DNA from: a virus
Taxonomy: Duplodnaviria > Heunggongvirae > Uroviricota > Caudoviricetes
Length of the DNA stretch: 64,000 bases
Direction: 5' to 3' (one strand)
Virus record (IMG/VR): IMGVR_UViG_3300009008_000002
Positions 38,144-47,110 of the stretch are shown in pieces (within the stretch, counting starts at the first letter, position 1; the number at the start of each line of letters is the position of its first letter). Position numbers and translations under genes: made by a program. The notes beneath the pieces are model-generated. The model ran no database searches and was not told the DNA's origin. It was given only the letters and a program-made list of their open reading frames with translations.

Positions 38144-38971
38144 TCAACGGTCGTAAGTTGTGAACTTATAAAACCCCTTCTCCCAGACAGAATCGGGATT
38201 TTCGCAAAGATCATCAATAATCCGATAAAAAGTCTCATGCGCTTTGCTCGCATCAGATTCCCCACTGACGGCCAGTGAACGCAGATAGTTTGTGTAGGTC
38301 ACGTCATGTTCGTTCTCTTGGGCACGTTCTAAATCATCCCCAAGGGCCTCTATTATAACTTGAGCCGCAGCTTTAATTTCTCCACGTTTAACTTTGGCAG
38401 AAACCTGCCCATCGTGGATAACTGCCTTTGACCAATCAAAGATCAAAATGTAATGTTCGTCAGGCTCAATTAAAAGATTGTTGCCAGAAATTTGCCCGTC
38501 ACCCACTTGGAATCTGTGGTCATGGGTAAAGACCAATAACTTCAACAACTTCCCTGCCATCCAAGCGCTGGTGCGGAGATCAACGCGGAGTGAATCCTTC
38601 CAGATTTTAATGACTGGAATCATGGATTTAACTGAGGGGACATTACGGAAACCCAGAATATTGACTTGTTTCGTCTGAGTAATGAAACTATCATGGACTT
38701 CTGGAAAGCCCAGCTTGTAATTTAGAGGCACCACCCAATCAGCACCAGTTTGGGTCGCTGCATACTCGGCTTCAATCTCATCCGACCGTTTAGCGAGCCT
38801 ACTAAGAACCCAAGCATTTCGAGATATTTCGCCATTGTGACTTGAATCAGCAGCAACTTGGAACAACAACTCCCGACCATCCTCATCGGTACAGTTGTAG
38901 AGACGGTAACGAGAATTTTTGGCTACCATATCGCCAATCTCGTATGTGCTATTCCTACCTGTTACGTTCAC
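38144..38971 (-). CDS. Protein-kinase-fold protein, likely pseudokinase
   Basis: AWM.GKLLKLL.F.H...GQISGNNLLIEPD.H..LIFDWS; catalytic Lys and Asp absent. Confidence 0.6.
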   Translation of the reverse strand: MNVTGRNSTYEIGDMVAKNSRYRLYNCTDEDGRELLFQVAADSSHNGEISRNAWVLSRLAKRSDEIEAEYAATQTGADWVVPLNYKLGFPEVHDSFITQTKQVNILGFRNVPSVKSMIPVIKIWKDSLRVDLRTSAWMAGKLLKLLVFTHDHRFQVGDGQISGNNLLIEPDEHYILIFDWSKAVIHDGQVSAKVKRGEIKAAAQVIIEALGDDLERAQENEHDVTYTNYLRSLAVSGESDASKAHETFYRIIDDLCENPDSVWEKGFYKFTTYDR

Positions 38972-39015
38972 AAGGTTCTCCTGTTAATTTGGGGCGAAAA
39001 GTTTACCCCAATTTT

Positions 39016-39390
39016 TTACGCCTGATTCTGATCGGGATCAACTCCCAAAAATTGCTCCCGTTGTTGTCTAAGTAAGTGATAGTATTCCATTATCACTAAT
39101 TGATCGTTTTTATTGGCGACACGGAAACTTGTAAACACGGGGTAGCCATTAATTCCTCTTGGCCCAGCCTTCGACATTTCCTCATACAAAAACCCAATGT
39201 CGTCTAGCTCATCTTGGGTGTATCCCTCAAAAGCACCAAAGAGACATGGCATAAAAACCAAACCAATTATGCTGCTGTTGCCCGGTTTCATTTCCCACTC
39301 TGAAAACTGTAAGGAAGTAAAAATAGCTCCCTCAAGCATTTGAAGAGCGATACTTCGTCGTTCATTGTCTGGCAAATCAGGGTGTTTCAT
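39016..39390 (-). CDS. Conserved phage hypothetical protein
   Basis: AGPRGINGYPVF motif; ATG 39390. Confidence 0.7.
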   Translation of the reverse strand: MKHPDLPDNERRSIALQMLEGAIFTSLQFSEWEMKPGNSSIIGLVFMPCLFGAFEGYTQDELDDIGFLYEEMSKAGPRGINGYPVFTSFRVANKNDQLVIMEYYHLLRQQREQFLGVDPDQNQA

Positions 39391-39614
39391 ATCCAAACCC
39401 AGTCCACAGCTACCCAATTTACATGTTGAGGATTAGTTATTTGCTTAGCGTATTCATACGCCTCTTCTTTCATTTCATTCCACTTTTTATAATCCTCATG
39501 TTGATCCTTAGCCAAATCATCACTGGTGTATACCCACTGACGAGTGTAGTCTTTTTCTACTGCCCCAGGTAAAACGCCTGCGGTTACTGTCCATTGACCT
39601 TTCAATCTCGACAT
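39387..39614 (-). CDS. Hypothetical protein
   Basis: TAAATG coupling. Confidence 0.7.
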   Translation of the reverse strand: MSRLKGQWTVTAGVLPGAVEKDYTRQWVYTSDDLAKDQHEDYKKWNEMKEEAYEYAKQITNPQHVNWVAVDWVWI

Positions 39615-40160
39615 TTAATTACCTAAGTCAACTGCGGGAAATTTAACATGTGTAGCTGCAAGCCGCAATAAACTTAAATATGCTGTGCGGATTACATCGT
39701 CATGGTCAAATGCCAAAGGATACGGGAAATCATCAGCAGCCGGGAATTTCCAATCTACTTCGTCGGCGTCATCCCCAGCCACACATTTTTCTTCCAATTC
39801 TTCCGAAACAAACGCCCCGTAAACAACACTGATTGTGCGACCGCGAGGGTCACGATCTACGCCATCCCTTACATCCAATCGGATTAGCGTAATGTCGTCT
39901 TTTATAAGACCCGTTTCTTCTTCTAGTTCACGGTAAGCGGCCTCAATAAATTGTTCTCCATCATTCACGTAACCGCCCGGCACGGCCCAATATCCGTGAA
40001 ATACTTCCCCGCCTCTTTTAATTATCAGGATTTTTGGCAAGCCTTGCTTGTTGAAAGCGAACAAACAAATATCGACGGTCAAATCGCCAATCTTAGGCCA
40101 CTCTTTTGCTTCTTCTGCGCTCGGCATATTCTTCCCTTCTTTTGAGTCGTTGTTCCCCAC
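39615..40160 (-). CDS. Nudix hydrolase (ADP-ribose pyrophosphatase / NrtR-like)
   Basis: Nudix box GGYV.DGE....AAYRELEEETGL; RDPRGR.IS; LAFDH. Confidence 0.9.
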   Translation of the reverse strand: MGNNDSKEGKNMPSAEEAKEWPKIGDLTVDICLFAFNKQGLPKILIIKRGGEVFHGYWAVPGGYVNDGEQFIEAAYRELEEETGLIKDDITLIRLDVRDGVDRDPRGRTISVVYGAFVSEELEEKCVAGDDADEVDWKFPAADDFPYPLAFDHDDVIRTAYLSLLRLAATHVKFPAVDLGN

Positions 40161-40380
40161 GAATGAATCTAAAATCTAGCTCATCCTCTCTGAAAACACA
40201 AACTGCCATGCGGTTTTCATGCATGATGTAATACCAGTTGTGTTTTTGAGCCAATTCCCTGTCGCTAATAAACCCTTCTTCTCCCTCCCAACCATCAGGC
40301 AGAGGAAGCATCCCTTTGCCACAAGCAACTCGAATACGAATTCGTTGTAGCTTCTGGAATAAAAAAGGTTTACGGGGCAT
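40093..40380 (-). CDS. Hypothetical protein
   Basis: Fills gap; overlaps Nudix 5' end. Confidence 0.5.
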   Translation of the reverse strand: MPRKPFLFQKLQRIRIRVACGKGMLPLPDGWEGEEGFISDRELAQKHNWYYIMHENRMAVCVFREDELDFRFIRGEQRLKRREEYAERRRSKRVA

Positions 40381-40873
40381 CATCATCATCCTCCTCAAAG
40401 CACTTAGGGGATACGCAGCCATTGCCTTCCCCACGATGGTGCATGACCATTGCTGCTCTATTTAAATCGGCATGAGCGCCTTCATCATCACGCTCACAGG
40501 GAACATGCCATCTTATTTTAAGTTCTCCATCCATTTGTTTTTGGAAGTCACCCGGTTCCATGACCCTATCGCCCTCAGTTTCGATAAGATCACGACACCA
40601 GAGATTTTCTTCGTAACAAATCTTGTGGGATTCTGGGGCACAAATTCCGATCCAAACGTCGCCGTCACCATCTTCGCAATCACAAGACAACCTCTGGAAT
40701 CCGCAAACTTGGCATCTTGCCCAGTCGCATCCCTCTAAGTGAATATCTCCAATTTTAGCGGAGCAATCTGGACAACCTTCTCGCAATCCCTCCGTAACTG
40801 CAAAATACCGCAGCCATTGTGGGACTTCCCCAAGTTGTGTTTCAATTACTTTTAAATAATCGGCATCGTCCAT
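40370..40873 (-). CDS. Cys-rich Zn-binding protein
   Basis: CPDC...H..GCD.ARC..CG.QRLSCDC. Confidence 0.75.
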   Translation of the reverse strand: MDDADYLKVIETQLGEVPQWLRYFAVTEGLREGCPDCSAKIGDIHLEGCDWARCQVCGFQRLSCDCEDGDGDVWIGICAPESHKICYEENLWCRDLIETEGDRVMEPGDFQKQMDGELKIRWHVPCERDDEGAHADLNRAAMVMHHRGEGNGCVSPKCFEEDDDDAP

Positions 40874-41607
40874 ACATCTTCTTCCTCTCGTTCAGGAAGA
40901 CCAATGGCTTCCCTATACTTGTCTTCTAACCCATCCTCCAACCCACACCTATTACAATCAACGGACAATAGGTTTTCAACCAATTCCTCTTCCGTTGATT
41001 CCACAGTCCCGATTTTGTAGCAAGTTGGAGACTCGCCGCCAACAATTGAGCCGTCAACATTTATTGATGGTGTGCAAAACTTGGCAGATTGCCTCAAATA
41101 CAACAAAGCCGATGAAAAACTACCAAGTGATCGAACTATACTCCTCAAATTAAAACACATGGGAGCAAATCGACCATCAATATTAACATCATTATCCTTG
41201 GCTCGACCCAATGGTGTCAAGACACGCAAGGTATCCTCATAGGTAAACAAAGGATGGTCTATGCGCTTGACTCTTTTGGGGTAAAATCTTGGATCATTCG
41301 TTATTTGAACAGGCAATTCTAATGCCTTCACCTTCTCCAACAATTCGTCATCTTCCGCAAACATGCCATTGCTGAGAATTAAAATCAAAGGCAACTCACA
41401 TTCTTTCGCCATCTCCACCATTTTAAAGAAATCAGGATGATCCAAAGGTTCGCCACCTGAAATCATTAAAACCTCAAGCGGGTATCGCACAACAAAGCCC
41501 AGAACCTTCGCAAAGGTTTCAAGGGACATGTGTTCGCCATCTGGATTTGCACAAACCATGCAGTGTGTGCAACCCATGTGACAACATTCTGTAATACGAA
41601 CCAACAT
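40852..41607 (-). CDS. Radical SAM protein
   Basis: CHMGCTHC (Cx3Cx2C), SGGEP, SNG; C-terminal Cys cluster. Confidence 0.9.
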   Translation of the reverse strand: MLVRITECCHMGCTHCMVCANPDGEHMSLETFAKVLGFVVRYPLEVLMISGGEPLDHPDFFKMVEMAKECELPLILILSNGMFAEDDELLEKVKALELPVQITNDPRFYPKRVKRIDHPLFTYEDTLRVLTPLGRAKDNDVNIDGRFAPMCFNLRSIVRSLGSFSSALLYLRQSAKFCTPSINVDGSIVGGESPTCYKIGTVESTEEELVENLLSVDCNRCGLEDGLEDKYREAIGLPEREEEDVWTMPII

Positions 41608-42008
41608 TAACCAGCGTCTCTTTTTTCAGTGGGATCTTTGATTAAATTATCTTCATCTTTTCCGCCCCAAGTTTCCACTACCCGGTTGTGATTCTCAATC
41701 ATCGAGCGAACCCTCTCTCTGACTAGCTCAACGGAAACACCTGATTGATCAGCAACCTCTTGTAATTGCTCGTCCGTTGGCATCACAATTTTTTCATCTT
41801 TGGCATGTGTAGCAGCACAAGCGGCACACATTAAATAATACTCTTCATGCCCCGCCTCTTTTATTTGACTCAAAGTGCTTATCGCAAACCAAACTTCTTG
41901 ATTGCAAAAATCACAATGACGAACCTCTACATTGGCGACGTGTTCTGCCCATGTGGGGTTGCAAATTATTACACAATCTTCATCTGTTAGTTCTCTAGGG
42001 TCTTTCAT
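41607..42008 (-). CDS. Zn-finger protein
   Basis: CDFC...CAAC. Confidence 0.7.
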   Translation of the reverse strand: MKDPRELTDEDCVIICNPTWAEHVANVEVRHCDFCNQEVWFAISTLSQIKEAGHEEYYLMCAACAATHAKDEKIVMPTDEQLQEVADQSGVSVELVRERVRSMIENHNRVVETWGGKDEDNLIKDPTEKRDAG

Positions 42009-43233
42009 GTCTTAGCCGCCTCGGATTAAATTCCTCTGTCATCGTCCGCAAATTCCCAAGGGCTAGTCTGACCTGCAATTTAGCCCGTTCGCTTTTTAAA
42101 TTTGATTCTAGGGCCTGTAGAACCGCCTCTGCGTCATCGTATTCGCTCTTAGAGACTTCAGGTTCCCAGGTATCAACATCAAGCCAACACGGATCAGCAT
42201 CATCGCCAAGGAATTCAATTCCCTTGTCGATAGTAATTCGCACGGCCCGCAGAACTACCTTCTCAGGTTCAACTTGACCAGTATCAACCCAATCCTTGAG
42301 CCAGAATTCCGCCTTCTCTCGTTCTGGCCAAACAGCAAGGCCACGCTTGGTTTCATAAATATCGTCTTCACCGTGTCTGGGACAGATGGCCCAACCTTCA
42401 ATTGGTCCCAGGTCTAATTCACGAATTTTGTGTGTAAGCGTTTTAAGTGCGGGAATTGCTGTGGTGAGGGCTACAGTAGTGCAGACCCGATCATGGAACT
42501 CTGGAAAACTAGAATAAATAGACGACCAGTGACGAACATTTGCAAAATTAGCAATAATGCCAACTGCATCCTCTACATTGTCGGTATTTAATTTTCTAGC
42601 CCCCAGATGAATATGGGCTACTGGTTCTATTACTTCCCAGATGGCTTTTAAAATAGCAACTGGATGCTTCGGGTCTTCAAACATTTCGGGATGAGATTCT
42701 GCACATCCCACAATGACCCAAATGCTCTCGGCGTCCATGAAACCATCTTCACACTGCGCCGAAACGAACCTATCTCGTATCTCGCTGATATTAGCACAAC
42801 AAACAGGCAGCAACTCCCCCTCTCGATTTGCCATCCCCGTCCACACTTCCGAATCAAATGGCAATTGGATGGATTTTATTTTGTCGAGGCGAGAATATGC
42901 TACATCTATATCTTTAACGTCATGTGATAACATTAAAGTGTCAGCGATTGATGCCACTTGACGAGTGCAACACCCTTTTTCTTTAGGAACGAAATCTAGT
43001 TCCGACAGATAAGCGTGGTCTTGGAGAATGGCAGTTAAAATATCGCTGAATTCAGTGTCTTGGGGAAATTCACGGTCGTCTTTAATTATCTCGCCGTCTC
43101 GCACGCCTTCTATGTGGATAGAAATACACTTGTGTGAGGCTTCGTAGCCTGTTGGACGGTAAATGACGACAAAACCATCTTCACCGATCTGAGCAAACAT
43201 CCCCGGATGTGCTAATTTATCAAATTCAATCAT
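41995..43233 (-). CDS. Hypothetical protein
   Basis: Long ORF. Confidence 0.8.
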   Translation of the reverse strand: MIEFDKLAHPGMFAQIGEDGFVVIYRPTGYEASHKCISIHIEGVRDGEIIKDDREFPQDTEFSDILTAILQDHAYLSELDFVPKEKGCCTRQVASIADTLMLSHDVKDIDVAYSRLDKIKSIQLPFDSEVWTGMANREGELLPVCCANISEIRDRFVSAQCEDGFMDAESIWVIVGCAESHPEMFEDPKHPVAILKAIWEVIEPVAHIHLGARKLNTDNVEDAVGIIANFANVRHWSSIYSSFPEFHDRVCTTVALTTAIPALKTLTHKIRELDLGPIEGWAICPRHGEDDIYETKRGLAVWPEREKAEFWLKDWVDTGQVEPEKVVLRAVRITIDKGIEFLGDDADPCWLDVDTWEPEVSKSEYDDAEAVLQALESNLKSERAKLQVRLALGNLRTMTEEFNPRRLRHERP

Positions 43234-43418
43234 CTTGGAAACCTATCCCCCATAGCCCGCATGATGGTGTCAAACTCAGGCCCCATCTCTGCTCGCATTT
43301 GTTCCATCCACTGATCGTGTCGTCGCCTCTGTAGACACGCAAGCCAACGAGGAACAATTGTGGCCACATACAAAAGCACCAACACAAGGAACACAATTAA
43401 AACTGTGGACGACCACAT
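43230..43418 (-). CDS. Small membrane protein
   Basis: N-terminal TM; TAATG overlap. Confidence 0.65.
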   Translation of the reverse strand: MWSSTVLIVFLVLVLLYVATIVPRWLACLQRRRHDQWMEQMRAEMGPEFDTIMRAMGDRFPR

Positions 43419-43828
43419 TAAAATATCTCGTCATAGTGACCAATGATATGCCAACCTTGTTCCCGCAACTTCGCGGTAATTCTCGCATAGAGAACGGCTA
43501 CATCTTCATTTGTAGCCTGACAGCCGCCACGACTATCGCCATTGGTGCGAATCTCCAAGGCGTAAATTTCGCAATCGTCTTGGACTGCATAATTTGAGTC
43601 TTCGTTGGGATCTTTGAATGGAGTGATCCACACCCAAGCGTCTCGGTCTTCTCCACGATTTTCAATAGATAACGGGGCGAATCCAAGAGCTTTAATATCC
43701 CAATCCCCTCCCGGTTCAGATTCCACAACCTCAGCATCTAAATCACTGAGCAATTCCTGAACATCACTTCTCTTCCAATGTGGCATCTTTGATTTCCTTT
43801 CGGAGTCGGGTGCATTCATCTGGTTCAA
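43418..43828 (-). CDS. Hypothetical protein
   Basis: ORF track; true start probably downstream (MPHW). Confidence 0.65.
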   Translation of the reverse strand: MNQMNAPDSERKSKMPHWKRSDVQELLSDLDAEVVESEPGGDWDIKALGFAPLSIENRGEDRDAWVWITPFKDPNEDSNYAVQDDCEIYALEIRTNGDSRGGCQATNEDVAVLYARITAKLREQGWHIIGHYDEIF

Positions 43829-44053
43829 ACAGATGGGCGTTAGACCGAAGAATTCCTAGTTTTATATCGGCTTCGGTGTAGTTGCCGCCAATCCAACCAG
43901 CACTATTAAAAATCATTACCGCATTTTGAGCCTCGATTTATTCCTCAGTCCATTCGCGCCTCAAAGCCTTGCGAACAGCCTCGCGCTTTTTCTCTGTCTC
44001 TGCCTCCTGTGCAGCTTTCCAGTTTTGAAAAAGTGTTTTAGCCCATTGGAACA

Positions 44054-45241
44054 TTAAAGGGACTCCATGATGCGGTCCATAACCTCAGTCGAAGGCATTG
44101 GTGTAATCTTGACACGCGCTGCTGTAACACCAGCATCGAAGCCCATACTTGTGGAACCCGGTCGAAAACCATGTTCGGACCAAACAATTGCTTGAATGTC
44201 CTTATCGAACATCGCCTCAATTAACAAGTTTCCGTTCTCGGTGAAACTTATAATCGGGTGCGAGGATAGGACTGTAGGTTCGGGGTAAAGAACACAGATG
44301 GAATCTTTAATGAGCGTGCGATTCTCTGGGTTGGCTTGTATGAATTCAATAAGCTGATTCTCGTAACCAACCACCATTACGTCGCTTCTGTTGGAACTTG
44401 CAAACCTACTAAATAAATCGCTTGACGAACGTTCCATTGTGCCAAGTCGTTTATAAAAAAGTTGCAATCCAGGCATCAGAGCCTCAACTTCATTAATTGA
44501 AGCTACGCCGTCACCCCCAGTGGATCGACTGAACGTATTAGCCAGAAGTCCAGTAAACATGTTGCCAGAAGCACTCCTGGTGGGGTCGGTGGTTTCGATA
44601 ACGTCGTTGCCAGCAACTAACTTATCGAATTGGACGATGTAATAAGCATTTTCTCGCTTCTCAACAATCCCCTGCCTCATTAAATTGCCCACAGTGTCCC
44701 AACCGGCATAAATCACAACAGGGGAGTTAAATATTGTTTCGCTCCGAAGAAAGCCACTTTGTAGCACTTCATAGCCGGGCCAGATGAAATCTTGTTTTTT
44801 GCGATCTGCCGTCACCATTTCCATGCTGCCCATTTTATAAGGGGTGACAGCAATGTTGTATTTCGAGAGCAAGATTCGTTTGATTTTCTGATCTTCCAAC
44901 AAGTTTAATTTTCCGCCACCAACAAAGCCCTTGATACGATAACGGGCCTTCAGAAATTCCATTTCCGTCACGGGGCGATCCATAAGCGGAACAGGATTGG
45001 GGTCTTCTCGTTCTGCCAATGGATTGTTGTTGGAAGGGACCGCGAAAAAGAACAACACTCCACCAATAAGTGCAGCACTCAGAAAGCCAACAAAGCACCC
45101 TGCGATGAACATAAACGGCCCAGGTTCTAATGCTTTCAGCTTTGCACTCATGTTACTCCCCTTGAAAATTGCGAATAGAGCGACAACAGCCGCTACTATT
45201 CCGGCTATAACTAAGAATACCCAAGGTTCTTTTCGGTTCAT
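44054..45241 (-). CDS. Two-TM-anchored extracellular solute-binding-like protein
   Basis: SPVVIY...TDPTRSASGNMF...SSSDLF...VGYENQLIEF...YP.PT..SSHP. Confidence 0.7.
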   Translation of the reverse strand: MNRKEPWVFLVIAGIVAAVVALFAIFKGSNMSAKLKALEPGPFMFIAGCFVGFLSAALIGGVLFFFAVPSNNNPLAEREDPNPVPLMDRPVTEMEFLKARYRIKGFVGGGKLNLLEDQKIKRILLSKYNIAVTPYKMGSMEMVTADRKKQDFIWPGYEVLQSGFLRSETIFNSPVVIYAGWDTVGNLMRQGIVEKRENAYYIVQFDKLVAGNDVIETTDPTRSASGNMFTGLLANTFSRSTGGDGVASINEVEALMPGLQLFYKRLGTMERSSSDLFSRFASSNRSDVMVVGYENQLIEFIQANPENRTLIKDSICVLYPEPTVLSSHPIISFTENGNLLIEAMFDKDIQAIVWSEHGFRPGSTSMGFDAGVTAARVKITPMPSTEVMDRIMESL

Positions 45242-45302
45242 TTGATTCTCCCTTGAAAACTTTCCAAGAGATTCAACCCCAATTTTGTGCTTCCACCTAT
45301 GG

Positions 45303-45339
45303 AAACGCCCCTTTGTGGCTCAAAACCACAAAGGGGCGT
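45303..45339 (-). terminator. Intrinsic terminator
   Basis: 14-bp perfect stem ACGCCCCTTTGTGG / CCACAAAGGGGCGT. Confidence 0.8.
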
Positions 45340-45546
45340 CCACCCTTCGGAATCAACTTACAGTCTTCTCTAATTCAATTTTAAACCATAACTTTACCGG
45401 GAATTTCCAGGCCATCCTTCCTTTGTAAACGATTCGTCAAGTCTCTGAGGCACAGCTACCAGTGCGCCCTTGACGGTGTTTACGTGCGGTCAAAAGCTCC
45501 CTTTCCTTCCCTTTTTCTAAATCTCACCATAGTATCATCCCATTCC

Positions 45547-45801
45547 TCACTTGTTTTCAATTCTAACATCGTGAGGTTCTTCATGGCCAGGAAGCCCAAT
45601 AGCAGTCAAATGCTTGCAGCTTCGATGGCGTCTCCAACCGGGGCAACTACACCCCCAATGCCTCTTCTTCTTGTGTTGAGCAATAATGTATAGTCTATTG
45701 CTCGTAGCGGAACGAACCTTAAACCGATTCGTCCACTGATCATTGTCTTCCAGCGCAATTGCGCCGGACGGTGGCCTCCAAACAGTCAGTGCGGTGGACA
45801 T
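45547..45801 (-). CDS. SWIM zinc-finger protein
   Basis: WGCSCPGW...SCKHL. Confidence 0.8.
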   Translation of the reverse strand: MSTALTVWRPPSGAIALEDNDQWTNRFKVRSATSNRLYIIAQHKKKRHWGCSCPGWRRHRSCKHLTAIGLPGHEEPHDVRIENK

Positions 45802-45863
45802 AGCTATTTCTCCAGGGAACAAGGTTTGTTTCCCGGCTGACTCCAATTTTTGCCACCACGACC

Positions 45864-45891
45864 ATTATAGCACAGTTTCCTCAAAAGTGAA
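45864..45891 (-). promoter_or_regulatory. Early promoter TTCACT-N16-TATAAT (extended -10, TGC)
   Basis: Matches consensus. Confidence 0.75.
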
Positions 45892-45983
45892 ATCAACACC
45901 AATAAGTGTAGAGCATCGGCCTCATTTCCAAAATCAGGCATCCAAATCCACGAAAACCTTCCCAAATTCAAGCTGCCACCGCA

Positions 45984-46241
45984 CTATTTTTTCCTCTTTG
46001 ACCATCGGGCTTGATTACCGCCTACTTTGCGGCCCGATTCATACGCTTTGGCCCATGCTACTTGCCATGCTTCCCATGCAATCAATTCAGGATCATCATG
46101 TATTTCGGCAAGTTCCTCCAAGGTTTCTCTAAACCATTTCAAAAACTCTGATCTGACTTTCTGTGAGGGTTCTGACTTCGACCTTCTCTTTTTTGGAGTA
46201 GGGACCATCCCTTCCAGTTTTTTAAGAAGGTCGTCATTCAT
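45984..46241 (-). CDS. Hypothetical protein
   Basis: ORF track. Confidence 0.65.
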   Translation of the reverse strand: MNDDLLKKLEGMVPTPKKRRSKSEPSQKVRSEFLKWFRETLEELAEIHDDPELIAWEAWQVAWAKAYESGRKVGGNQARWSKRKK

Positions 46242-46263
46242 CTAACACCCTTCCGGCACAGCC

Positions 46264-46692
46264 CTAGTCAGTTTCAAAAGTGCCCCATCCTGATTTGATT
46301 CTTTCCATTTCAGAGGCATCGGGGCCATTCTCTCCAATGAAATCTTCCCACGCATCCTCCAATTCAGGCAATCTTTGTAGCGCTCGTTTGATTTTAGAAA
46401 GACACGTTTTTCCCATGTTGGGGATTTTGAGCAACCTTTCCTCCGAAGTGTCCAACAAATCTGCAATCGTGAAAATAGCTCGCTTTTCCAACATGTTGCA
46501 GACACGTTCTTCTACACCAAGCGCCTCTAATTCTGAGACCGGCGTTTCCTCCTCAATCGCCTTTGCAATAGCGAACCCAAGAGGATCATCTTCTTGGGCG
46601 ATTTCCTTTATTGCTCGACTTAGAATTTCCGCATTCCCAGATTTAACAGCCTCTTCAAGTTTCTTCTGTGGCTTCTGGTTTAGAGCAATCAT
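46264..46692 (-). CDS. RNA polymerase alpha-CTD-like protein
   Basis: L..LGVEERVCNML.K..I.TIADLL..SE..LL.IPNMG...L..IK..L. Confidence 0.8.
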   Translation of the reverse strand: MIALNQKPQKKLEEAVKSGNAEILSRAIKEIAQEDDPLGFAIAKAIEEETPVSELEALGVEERVCNMLEKRAIFTIADLLDTSEERLLKIPNMGKTCLSKIKRALQRLPELEDAWEDFIGENGPDASEMERIKSGWGTFETD

Positions 46693-47062
46693 TTTGGTCT
46701 ACCTCTTCAAGATCGTCCCAGTTTAAATGAACATGGACAGTAGAGCCTTCCGGTGCTGGCTTTTGTAATTCCAGCTTAGCCTGCTCTGTAAGATAGTCCT
46801 TTAATTTGTCCAAGTCAAGGGGCTGATTACTGAAGACATCAATACTGATGCTAGATTTGTATTGCGCAGTTGGTTTTTTGAAACTTAACAATTCCAACTC
46901 TGCCAAATCTTTTGTAGCGTGCTGATATTTGTAGTACAGCTTCGCGTCGGCGGTTACTTGTGTCCAACCTTGTCCGGTCCAATACCCTCGCTTTCTGTCT
47001 CTGATTCGATAACGGGGATACCTGCGATTGCCACAGGTTTCGATTTTTGTCTGCTTATTCAC
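46655..47062 (-). CDS. Hypothetical protein
   Basis: GTG 47062 after GGAGGG; YWTGxGW motif. Confidence 0.7.
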   Translation of the reverse strand: MNKQTKIETCGNRRYPRYRIRDRKRGYWTGQGWTQVTADAKLYYKYQHATKDLAELELLSFKKPTAQYKSSISIDVFSNQPLDLDKLKDYLTEQAKLELQKPAPEGSTVHVHLNWDDLEEVDQNDCSKPEATEET

Positions 47063-47110
47063 GGATTTTCCCTCCAAGTGCGTAGTTAGCAACAACTCCG
47101 CACTCCAATT

